Shown piece after piece: positions 1 through 8,804 of a DNA stretch of 64,000 nt. Within the stretch, counting starts at the first letter, position 1. Each line of letters starts with the position of its first letter. Made by a program: the position numbers and the translations under genes. The stretch is from Limisphaerales bacterium. Its GTDB lineage: Bacteria; Verrucomicrobiota; Verrucomicrobiia; Limisphaerales; JAJOIW01. The notes under the pieces were generated by a model. The model had not been told where the DNA came from, did not search any database, and worked only from the letters and a program-made list of their open reading frames with translations. The stretch lies in contig CBFHOE010000006.1 of NCBI GenBank assembly GCA_965657355.1, positions 253,510-317,509 on the forward strand, written 5' to 3'.

Positions 1-1
1 T

Positions 2-1264
2 CAAACCATTCAGAAATGGATGATGAAGTGGTTGGATACTGACGCAACTAGGATTGGATCAGAAGCTATCGAGACTAGATCGCTTGAAAACTCAAAACCT
101 AATTGGGCGTCATTGCCATCCATCATCAGCGAGGAAAACCAGCCCCCCAAACTGACCGTCGCTGTAGAAGTTTCATCATTTAGTGAAGAAACCCGCAAAA
201 TGCTTCAGCCATTCTCAACCATGGCGCATCAAATTATCTTATGTGGGCATGGGGCTGGTCCGGATCCCTTGTTGTTAGATGACATAGAAGCTGAATGGAC
301 AAGCGTAGACACCAGTTGTTCCATTCAAGATCGTCGAAATAACATCGTTGATCAATCTTCAGGCGATTGGATCTTATTCCTTGAGGAAGGAGAAAGTTTT
401 GATGAATCAAATTTAAATTCCCTATATGGAGCGATGACTACGCCAAAAGTTATTGCTTGTTCTTTCCCGAAAATAACTATTTTGGGTGAGGGTAAAAAAT
501 CTAGAGAATTTGCGCTCAGATTATTCAGAAACGCGCCGGGATTAATTTTCACTGGAGATATTTATGAACACCTTTCATGTGATTGGCATGACGTGTGTTC
601 GAGATGGAATCTTTCTATAACACATGAACCAATAATTCTGTCTTCTCAGAAAATCTCGTACCAACAATTCACGGTGCAAAGGCGATCGATAAAAGAAGAG
701 CTTAAATCTTTAGTAGCGGAAAACCCATTAGACCTTCGACTTAGATTTAACTTGGCTGAGGAACTGAGTGTTTTTGATTTAACTGATGAAGCCCAACACC
801 AGTATTTGAAAATAATTCAAATTCTGGCACAAAAGCAGTCAGATATTTGCTATGCTCCGGTTTTAGAGAATACATTCACTAGCCTTGCTGAGTTATTATT
901 AAAAAAGGAACAATTTAATCAGATTGTCGATTTGTTCGACGAAGATCTCATCAGAATTCATGGTCTAACTTCATCAATGCACCATTTAAAAGCAAAAAGT
1001 TTTATAGGCCTGAATGAAACGGACAAAGCAACTGTCGAATTTTTAAAAGCCCAAGAGAAAAAACATATCCATTCACATGTCATGACCTGTGAAGAAATCG
1101 GGGAAGGCTCTCTCGAAGATAAAACAAGAGATCTCATTAATAATACCGACTCCTCCGTTATCTCCAATACTTGGGATAGGGGGACTCAATCTGGTCGGTC
1201 CACCGTTTCGATTGATGATGACGAGCGGCCCTCAGAAGAGGATTTTGTGCCTCTCTCCATGTGA
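2..1264 (+). CDS. GT2-like glycosyltransferase-fold protein with TPR-like helical C-terminus; possibly 5'-truncated by the window edge
   Basis: The frame is open from position 2 to the first ATG at 20. RRNNIVDQSSGDWILFLEEGE, RLFRN and FTGDIYEHL resemble GT2-TPR proteins. The usual DAD motif reads EEG. Confidence 0.6.
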   Translation, partial: QTIQKWMMKWLDTDATRIGSEAIETRSLENSKPNWASLPSIISEENQPPKLTVAVEVSSFSEETRKMLQPFSTMAHQIILCGHGAGPDPLLLDDIEAEWTSVDTSCSIQDRRNNIVDQSSGDWILFLEEGESFDESNLNSLYGAMTTPKVIACSFPKITILGEGKKSREFALRLFRNAPGLIFTGDIYEHLSCDWHDVCSRWNLSITHEPIILSSQKISYQQFTVQRRSIKEELKSLVAENPLDLRLRFNLAEELSVFDLTDEAQHQYLKIIQILAQKQSDICYAPVLENTFTSLAELLLKKEQFNQIVDLFDEDLIRIHGLTSSMHHLKAKSFIGLNETDKATVEFLKAQEKKHIHSHVMTCEEIGEGSLEDKTRDLINNTDSSVISNTWDRGTQSGRSTVSIDDDERPSEEDFVPLSM

Positions 1265-2058
1265 GCCAACTCAATATACAATGGAGTATTTTAGCGTGGA
1301 TGAAATGGTGCTTTTCTCCCGTGCGGACCTTCTGGCCTGGGTTTAAAAAGAAATGGTCATGTTCATTCAAGAGATACGGGAAGAAAAGCCAAAGACATAC
1401 ATCCTTTTCAATAAAATCAAATTTGACTATATCTTGAACAATTGGCGGCTCTAGGAAGGGGTAGGCGATAGAATAGGAATTCTATTACCAAGAATTATCT
1501 TCGACTCAGGGATCCTTGTGCTGATGCTCCTGGTCAAAAGACAGTCGTTTCGAGAATGGGCTTTCAAGGCGTCAGGCAGGCAAAAAAATTCAGAGGATTT
1601 TTGAAAAATAAATAGTGATGAATAAGACAATAAATTATTGTCTGTAAAACCAGCCACAGAAGATCGGGCTCTCATTCTTCATGGCGTCGTATGGTTCATA
1701 GGAAAACAATATCCGAATCCTTATTTTCCCAACTACAAATCCATATCGGCATTCTGGTCTTAATCGCTTGTAGAAAAAAATAAGCTACCGTGCATCTGGA
1801 AAATCAGAGACGTAATCAGCAATTATCCCCTTAACGTTAAAACTTCGTGTTTGGTTTCTTAAGGGATATTTCAACGGTTTATCCGTCTTACCGTCTTACG
1901 TCAAAAGACGTATATTGTGCCAGGCAAAAGATTTAATCTTATTTCAAAAACTGTTTAAAAAGGAATGAGCTGGATAAGAATTATGGGTTAGACTTAACTT
2001 TTTTGCGAAAATGGGCTATATTTATCTATTCTGATTATCACATTGAGAACCACTTATT

Positions 2059-2814
2059 ATGCGCAACCAATTTCAATCACAAAGATATGAGTATAAATAT
2101 CAAATTGAGAATAGCACTGCGCTGCAGATTAGAAACTTTCTGGGGGCTTATTTAGATTTGGATGAGTATGGGGCATCAATGCCAAATTTTTCCTACCCAG
2201 TCCATAGCCTGTATTTTGATTCAGATCGCTTGGATCTCTTTCACTCGACCATCAATGGCGACAAAAATAGATACAAGCTTAGAGTGAGGTTTTACGAAAA
2301 TAGGCCGGGAGCTCCTGTATTTTTTGAGATTAAGAGCAGAATGAATAACACCATCTCAAAATCTCGCGGAGGTGTTTTGAGAGAAGCTGTGCCCGTCGTT
2401 GTTTCTGGATCCATACCTTCACGGGAAGACTTTATGTCCCAAGATCCATCGCAAATTTTCGCTATTGAAGATTTTATTCGCCTTGCCCAGGGCATAGGTG
2501 CCAAGCCACAAACCCATGTTTACTACTTGCGTGAGGCCTGGCTAGCACGGCATGACAATTCCGTAAGAGTGACAATGGACAGAAATGTTCAGTCCTGCGT
2601 GGAAAGGTCGCTGGAATTATCTCCCGAAATGGAAAGCCCGGTGTGGCCTTTTGGTAACAGGGTCATTTTGGAACTTAAGTTTACTAATAAATTTCCGAAT
2701 TGGTTTCTCGAGTTGGTCCGTATTTTTAATTTGAAGCAGACTGGTGCTGCCAAATACGTGGACGGGCTCTCCTCAATGCAGGGAGAGGCATTGGAATTCC
2801 CTTATTATGTTTAA
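2059..2814 (+). CDS. VTC (polyphosphate polymerase/CYTH-like) domain protein
   Basis: RYEYKY, SLYFDS, RYKLRVRFY, FEIKSR, YLREAW, RVTMD, ILELKF and a terminal KY are the typical bacterial VTC-domain motifs. Confidence 0.9.
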   Translation: MRNQFQSQRYEYKYQIENSTALQIRNFLGAYLDLDEYGASMPNFSYPVHSLYFDSDRLDLFHSTINGDKNRYKLRVRFYENRPGAPVFFEIKSRMNNTISKSRGGVLREAVPVVVSGSIPSREDFMSQDPSQIFAIEDFIRLAQGIGAKPQTHVYYLREAWLARHDNSVRVTMDRNVQSCVERSLELSPEMESPVWPFGNRVILELKFTNKFPNWFLELVRIFNLKQTGAAKYVDGLSSMQGEALEFPYYV

Positions 2815-2832
2815 ATAGTAGACTTGTGTGAT

Positions 2833-2850
2833 TTGTCACTAAAATGTAAC
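2833..2850 (+). promoter_or_regulatory. Pho-box-like direct repeat (TTGTCAC-TAAA-ATGTAAC)
   Basis: Two heptamers in 11-bp phase with an AT-rich spacer, resembling the PhoB consensus CTGTCAT-A(A/T)A(A/T)-CTGT(C/A)A(C/T); 40 bp upstream of the DUF4956 start. Confidence 0.45.
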
Positions 2851-2890
2851 TTTCGACAGAAATTAAACGTCTCAACGCGTTGAAACCACG

Positions 2891-3574
2891 ATGGATTGGT
2901 TGTTTTCAAGTGATATGGGCACAGTGCCCACAGATTTTAGAGGCCTTGGATTGGGTCTGCTCTTGGCCTTTGTTTGTGGCCAAGTTATGTCGTGGATATA
3001 CATGCTCACCCACACAGGGCTTTCCTATTCCAGAACTTTCGTCAATTCATTAGTTGTTATCCCTGTGATAGTGGCTTTGGTAATGCAGATTCTGCAGAAT
3101 AGTTTAGTGACAGCATTCGGAATGATGGCTGTCTTTGCGATAGTTAGATTTAGGAATATTCTGCGAGATACACTTGATACGAGTTTCATACTAACCACGA
3201 TTGTCGTGGGTATGGCTTGCGGCACCATGAAATTTGCCTCAGCCGCTTTTGGTACTGCACTTGTCAGTTTGATTTTAGTTTATCTTTGGGCAACTGAATA
3301 TGGAGCGCGCCACAGATACGACGCCGTGGTGAATTTTCACTTTGAAAAGCCAAGCTCTGGTGATTTTGAATTTGGTCAATTGTTCACAAGGCATTTATTG
3401 AAAAGTTATCTAGCCAATCAAAGACCCCACGATGGGGTTGAGGGTGTTGATTTCAGTTACCGAGTCCGCCTACGAGACCCGGAAAAGTTAAGTTTATTTT
3501 TGGATGAGTTAAGAGATTTCCCAGGCGTTTCTCGAGTAACAGGTTTGAGAGCCACTGACGAAAGTGAAGTTTAA
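2891..3574 (+). CDS. DUF4956 family membrane protein
   Basis: About 4 TM segments, AFGMMAVFAIVRFRN and GMACG motifs, soluble ACT-like C-terminus; the usual neighbour of VTC genes. Confidence 0.88.
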   Translation: MDWLFSSDMGTVPTDFRGLGLGLLLAFVCGQVMSWIYMLTHTGLSYSRTFVNSLVVIPVIVALVMQILQNSLVTAFGMMAVFAIVRFRNILRDTLDTSFILTTIVVGMACGTMKFASAAFGTALVSLILVYLWATEYGARHRYDAVVNFHFEKPSSGDFEFGQLFTRHLLKSYLANQRPHDGVEGVDFSYRVRLRDPEKLSLFLDELRDFPGVSRVTGLRATDESEV

Positions 3575-4686
3575 TGAGCGAATTTGACACAGAGATAAAT
3601 CAATCAATAAAAACAGAGCCTATTAAAGTTCCTTTTGCTGTTCGCTTACGACAATTTCGAGCTGGCTTTGCACCTCTGATTGTATTCGTTTTCTCACTCA
3701 TTTGCTTAAGCATTATGTGGAGTGACTTCCTGGCTCATCATCCAGTGGGTTTCGAGGGACGCATCACAGCGAAAAATATAGAAGTTAAAAGCCCAACATA
3801 TGGTCAGATAAAAGACGTTTATGTGAAGCCATTTCAGCAGGTAAGAGCCGGGGACCTTTTGATGGTTATATCCAAGTCGACGCCAAATTTTTCCGAAGCC
3901 GCTGTTGCGCAGTTGAAAGCTGAGATGGAATTATTCAAAGCCAACCAGCTGAATAACTTCAATGATACTGTTTTACGATTTCAGCGCTTAAAACTAGAGC
4001 TCCTGGAGAATAAATCCTCCTTGGCATCAAAGCGTATCGAATATGCCCAATCGATCCGCACTTATAAAAGGATCTTGGAGCTCGCCGAGTCCGACATTTC
4101 ATCAGACCAGGATAGTGAGGACGCACAAGCCCAGATGGAAAGCTTAGAAGCCGAGGTCGAATCCCTAGCCTCCCTCGTCGAGAATATTCAGAGCAACATG
4201 TCTTTACTGGGAAAACAAATCGAACCGAGCTCTCTCAATCCAGAATCGCTGAGTGGTTTTCAGGCTGCCTTCGACCTTGCCGAGGCAAAGTTTGATCTCA
4301 TGGAGGAAGAATATGGCCCGACAGAAATTGTAGCGCCCATTAATGGCATTGTGGCCGATTTTGTTTCTACTGCAGGTAGACGTGTTTTTGAGGGAGATCA
4401 ATTGCTTTCTATTGAGTCAAATGTCGTTGATTCCATAGTTGCTTACATACCTGAACCCATAAGCACTTTTCCAGAAAAAGGAGATACATTATTCGTGAGT
4501 TTGGACAATAGTCCCAAATTTAAAACTCAGATCCAAGCCGTCGGGGCTCAAATCAAGCAAATCCCATCAAGGTTCTCACCGACACACTCGCAGACCAAAA
4601 ATCATTTTGGCCTCCCCATCCAATTATCTCTTCCCAGTGCCTCTCAGTTCGCTTTGCCGGGGCAAAAAGTATACATCTCATACTAA
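3574..4686 (+). CDS. HlyD-family periplasmic adaptor (membrane fusion protein)
   Basis: One TM anchor, lipoyl-like halves (VKSPTYGQIKDVYVKPFQQVRAGDLL; IVAPINGIV...GDQLLSI) and a long coiled coil. Start overlaps the upstream stop (TAATG). Confidence 0.8.
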   Translation: MSEFDTEINQSIKTEPIKVPFAVRLRQFRAGFAPLIVFVFSLICLSIMWSDFLAHHPVGFEGRITAKNIEVKSPTYGQIKDVYVKPFQQVRAGDLLMVISKSTPNFSEAAVAQLKAEMELFKANQLNNFNDTVLRFQRLKLELLENKSSLASKRIEYAQSIRTYKRILELAESDISSDQDSEDAQAQMESLEAEVESLASLVENIQSNMSLLGKQIEPSSLNPESLSGFQAAFDLAEAKFDLMEEEYGPTEIVAPINGIVADFVSTAGRRVFEGDQLLSIESNVVDSIVAYIPEPISTFPEKGDTLFVSLDNSPKFKTQIQAVGAQIKQIPSRFSPTHSQTKNHFGLPIQLSLPSASQFALPGQKVYISY

Positions 4687-4798
4687 AAATTGATCCATGA
4701 ATCTGAGTTGCCAATGACTTCCTGATTATAAATCTGGTTGGACTGAAAAAACGTAATAAACGAATATTGCGAGGTATCTCAAAAGACGCAGTCTCCTC

Positions 4799-6472
4799 AT
4801 GGCTTTTTCAAAATGCCCTTTTTTGAAAAATTTATTGAGTCTTAGTGACAATGGAAGCGATGATGTCCTCTTGATTACGGGTAATCCAAATAAGATAGAA
4901 TCAAAGCAGTGGACCCAATTTGTCTGGTTTTTTTGGGTTTTTGAATTAGTGGTCCGTCCCATTTTGGGAATCTTTCTCCCTATCGATTTAGCTGGGGATG
5001 AAGCGTATTATTGGGAATGGGGACAACATCTTGATTGGGGGTATTTCAGCAAGCCCCCTGGGATAGCTTGGCTGATGGCGTTTGCCGATTGGGTAGGGCA
5101 AGGTTCAACCCTGGGCATTCGACTCTTAGCATCAATATTAGGTATGGGTGGAGCTTGGTGTGTGGTGCTAATCGCTAAAAGGTGCTTCGGACATACCGCA
5201 GCAATATGGATTGGCTGTGCTTGGATTTTAACCCCGGCAAATAGTGCTTTGCATTTATTGCTGACCATTGATGCTCCATTGGTGTGCTTCTGGTGCCTTG
5301 CACTTTGGGCGACTATTGAATGGATTGAACGGAAAGGAAGTTCTTTATCTCATGCCGTAATTATCGGAGTGGCAGTAATGTGCGGTATTCTCAGTAAGCA
5401 GATGATGCTCATATATTTTCCCTTATTAGTTTTTATTTTAATACTTGAGAAAGATTGGAGGCCTTTGCTGGCAAAATCACAAGTTTGGATTGCTGGGATC
5501 ATCGGGCATGTGGGTTTGATCCCTCCTCTATGGTGGAACTCACAGAATAACTGGATCACCTTCCAGCATACACTACATCATTTTGAATCAGCCCCACCAA
5601 CCCTTAATCAAAGAATTTCGAGGTTCTTTGAATTATTTGGTGCAGAAGCCGGGCTCGTAACACCAGTTCTATTTTTTCTTATTTTAGTTTCTGGCTTTAG
5701 TGTAGTTCGCCAATGGCGTGCTTCCGGACCTATTCTGCGTCTTCTGTGGTGGATGAGCTTTCCTGCCATTTTGGCTATGCTCGCCATGACTTGGAGACAG
5801 CGGGTAAATCCTAATTGGCCAGCTGTATTTCTCATTGCAGGAACATTAATGGGTTGTGGTTATTTTTGGAAACGATGGGAAAACGATTTAAAAAGTAAAA
5901 ATGATGGTGAACAAAAACCGCCCAAGAACTGGGTGAAAATCGGAGTCAAAGTTTCCGCCTCTTTCACATTACTGAGCTACCTTTTTTTGTGGCTTGTATC
6001 AAATGGAATAGTCAATTTACCCGGTCTGGACCCATCTGCTCGCGTCCGCCAGTGGTCAAACATTGCTTATGATGTTTCCTCATCAGCTGAAAAGCATCTC
6101 CAACAAGATCAGATAGAAGAGAAGTTTTTTTGGGTGGCCATCGGTCATAGGTTTTTGACGAGCCAGTTAGCTTTCTTTCTTGAGGGAAATCCTCGGGTTT
6201 ATCGTTTTTCCCCCGAACCTGATATTCTCCGAAGTCAGCACGATTTATGGGATAACCCATCTAAGCTCATTGGACAAAATGGGGTGATCGTTGTCAGAGG
6301 GCAACCTGAGAATTTACCCAAAGAAATCGAGACCTATTTTGAAGATTTTAAGCTTCTCGAGATTATTTCTAATCCGCAAAGACGAAAAAAATGGAGGACC
6401 TTCAGTATTTTTTATGGGAAGAACCTAAAGAATTGGCCAGAAAAAGATCTCAATAAAGCCCGCCACCAATAG
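4799..6472 (+). CDS. ArnT/PMT-like (GT-C) glycosyltransferase
   Basis: DEAYYWEWGQHLDWGYFSKPPGIAW, TIDAPL, many TM helices and a periplasmic C-terminal domain. True start may be further downstream. Confidence 0.88.
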   Translation: MAFSKCPFLKNLLSLSDNGSDDVLLITGNPNKIESKQWTQFVWFFWVFELVVRPILGIFLPIDLAGDEAYYWEWGQHLDWGYFSKPPGIAWLMAFADWVGQGSTLGIRLLASILGMGGAWCVVLIAKRCFGHTAAIWIGCAWILTPANSALHLLLTIDAPLVCFWCLALWATIEWIERKGSSLSHAVIIGVAVMCGILSKQMMLIYFPLLVFILILEKDWRPLLAKSQVWIAGIIGHVGLIPPLWWNSQNNWITFQHTLHHFESAPPTLNQRISRFFELFGAEAGLVTPVLFFLILVSGFSVVRQWRASGPILRLLWWMSFPAILAMLAMTWRQRVNPNWPAVFLIAGTLMGCGYFWKRWENDLKSKNDGEQKPPKNWVKIGVKVSASFTLLSYLFLWLVSNGIVNLPGLDPSARVRQWSNIAYDVSSSAEKHLQQDQIEEKFFWVAIGHRFLTSQLAFFLEGNPRVYRFSPEPDILRSQHDLWDNPSKLIGQNGVIVVRGQPENLPKEIETYFEDFKLLEIISNPQRRKKWRTFSIFYGKNLKNWPEKDLNKARHQ

Positions 6473-6486
6473 AAATTTGACGAAAA

Positions 6487-7194
6487 ATGCACGCGAGAAA
6501 TAAAAAGATTACGTTGGTTATAAACGTTTTATTACTACCTTTTATTGCCTTGTTATTGGTGAGTGTCTTAATCAACCTCACCGGAATCGATTTAAAAGTC
6601 TCCGGGAAATTTTGGGATGAACAAAAAAACTGGTATTTATCAAACCATCCCCTTTTTGTTTTCCTCTATAAATTTGGACCTTTACCCATTTTTTTCTTAG
6701 CTGGCGGAGCTCTTCTATTGATTTTATTTAAATATATTAAGAAGGGGTACAGCTTCCAACGAAGGGCCTGTTTGCTAATTATTTTATCTCTTCTATTGGG
6801 ACCAGGCCTTGTCGTTAACGCTATTTTCAAAGAGAATTTTGGCCGACCAAGGCCCCGGAATACTGTCGAATTTGGTGGCAATGAACAATTTGTTCCTCTG
6901 CTCGTTTACAATGGGAGTGGCTCTGGAAAGTCCTTCCCTTCCGGCCACGCCTCAATGGGGTTTCTGTGGCTAGCCTTTGCTCCATGGGCCATATCCCTGA
7001 GAAAAAAGAAATTGTTCATTGTGCTTATTTGCCTCGGTCTCATACACGGTGGATTGATGGGATTTGGAAGAATTGTCCAAGGGGGGCATTTCTTTGGTGA
7101 CGTTTTATGGTCAGCTGGAATGGACTATCTCATTGGTTGCCTTCTGCTTTATCCTCTCTTTGGAAAAGAACTGTTAGTCCAAAGCCGGAGATAA
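6487..7194 (+). CDS. PAP2-family phosphatase (LpxE/LpxF-like lipid A phosphatase candidate)
   Basis: KENFGRPRP, SFPSGH and RIVQGGHFFGD PAP2 motifs in a membrane protein. Confidence 0.88.
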   Translation: MHARNKKITLVINVLLLPFIALLLVSVLINLTGIDLKVSGKFWDEQKNWYLSNHPLFVFLYKFGPLPIFFLAGGALLLILFKYIKKGYSFQRRACLLIILSLLLGPGLVVNAIFKENFGRPRPRNTVEFGGNEQFVPLLVYNGSGSGKSFPSGHASMGFLWLAFAPWAISLRKKKLFIVLICLGLIHGGLMGFGRIVQGGHFFGDVLWSAGMDYLIGCLLLYPLFGKELLVQSRR

Positions 7195-7241
7195 TAATTT
7201 CTTTTAAGACCATGAGCTGAAGGTTATAAATATTTGAGCGG

Positions 7242-7982
7242 GTGAATATGACTGAATTTCGAATACCTTCTGGTCATTCATTATCAATAGTAGTTCCATT
7301 CTACAACGAAGAAGAGAACATCCAGTTTGTCCTTGAAGAACTGAAGGCATCTGTTCCTGGAGCCGAAATTGTAGCGGTTGATGACGGTAGCTCCGATTCA
7401 ACTTGGTCCATCATGTCCAAAATTAATGGTATCACGGCCATTAAATTGGAACAAAACCAAGGCCAAAGTGCTGCCATGTATATGGGCTTGAGAAAGTCCA
7501 AAGGATCTTTGTGTGCTTTAATGGACGGGGACGGGCAGACCGACCCGAAAGAATTTTCCAAATTACTTGATACCTTCGATCAGACGGCGTCGGATGTCGT
7601 ATGCGGCGTTCGGGCAAAGAGAAATGATACCATGAGCCGTCGACTCGCGTCCAAATGGGCCAATAAAATTCGAAGGATGATTCTTGATGATGGTATTCGT
7701 GACACTGGCTGTTCTCAAAAATTATTTATCCGTGAGGCCATTGACTTGTTAGTACCGTTTAATGGGCTGCACAGATATCTTCCCGCTTTATTTAAGCATG
7801 CTGGATTGAGAATTGCAGAAGTGGAGGTAAACCATCGGTCTCGCCATGCGGGCGAATCGAAGTACACCAACTTTGATCGGGCTTTGAGGGGAATCTATGA
7901 CTTGATTGGTGTCTCATGGTTGCTCAAACGGAAGGTTTATCCAAAAGTTCACAGCATAGAGGAACAAAACGATCATGCATGA
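7242..7982 (+). CDS. GT2 polyprenyl-phosphate glycosyltransferase (DPM1/ArnC/RgtE-like)
   Basis: VVPFYNEE, VDDGSSD, GQSAA, MDGDGQ, DTGCS, HRYLP and RHAGESKY. Confidence 0.9.
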   Translation: MNMTEFRIPSGHSLSIVVPFYNEEENIQFVLEELKASVPGAEIVAVDDGSSDSTWSIMSKINGITAIKLEQNQGQSAAMYMGLRKSKGSLCALMDGDGQTDPKEFSKLLDTFDQTASDVVCGVRAKRNDTMSRRLASKWANKIRRMILDDGIRDTGCSQKLFIREAIDLLVPFNGLHRYLPALFKHAGLRIAEVEVNHRSRHAGESKYTNFDRALRGIYDLIGVSWLLKRKVYPKVHSIEEQNDHA

Positions 7983-8310
7983 AATCATTTTCGAAGGAGA
8001 CGTATTCGGGAGCACTTTAACTGTAACCGGATGGAAAATCGTAGGATATCTTGGAGTTTTTCTATTCGCAGGGCGCTGGTTCGTCCAATTATATGCCTCA
8101 AAAAAAAGAGGAAGAACGCACATGCCAAATACGTTTTGGTATATGAGCGTCACAGGAAGCTTTATGCTGCTTGCCTATTTTATTTTTGGGAAAAATGACT
8201 CGGTAGGTATCCTTGCCAATTTATTTCCAGCAGGTGTTGCTTCCTACAATCTATTTTTAAATTATCGATATAAAAAACGGAAAGAGGCAGAATCACATGC
8301 TGAAGATTAA
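7975..8310 (+). CDS. Lipid-A-disaccharide synthase N-terminal (LAB_N) domain membrane protein
   Basis: GWKIVGYLG..LFAGRWFVQ..AS.K......P..FWYMS..GS..LL.Y pattern; overlaps the upstream gene. Confidence 0.85.
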   Translation: MHEIIFEGDVFGSTLTVTGWKIVGYLGVFLFAGRWFVQLYASKKRGRTHMPNTFWYMSVTGSFMLLAYFIFGKNDSVGILANLFPAGVASYNLFLNYRYKKRKEAESHAED

Positions 8311-8804
8311 ATTATTTAATCTTTAGGTAACGAACTGGCACTTGATTCAATTCTTTTATCTTTTATTTTTTCACGAGTCCCGCATTGATATTCAGCCTTC
8401 CCGCATTGCGACAGATCTGAAAAATTACCAAGGTAATAATATATTGAGCCAAAATCTGTCTCCCTATTTTTTTCTACTATCTGTTTGAGAGAGGATTTTT
8501 ACAGGGATGACCGTATCATCATGGGTATTTCATTGTATCCGAGATTGTTGGGCAGAAAATATTCCGTTTACCTATTGTCGGGATAGTTCACTGGGTTTCT
8601 AAATAGAATGTCCACACTTTTGCGAAATCGAATAAATAACAAAGCAGGAATAATTAAAAGAACACCCGAAGCCATCGTATGATTCTCATGACTTGGCGTA
8701 ACTCATGGACTCATATTGATTAACTACTTAAGTCATCCTGCTTTCTGAGGGTAAACTTATTTTGGAGTGCCATAAGAGGCTAAGAGGGTTCAGTAACTCT
8801 CATA

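Noticed and set aside
1451..1675. 74-aa minus-strand ORF in the long intergenic region
   Set aside because: No recognisable motif or RBS, so it cannot be supported as a gene.
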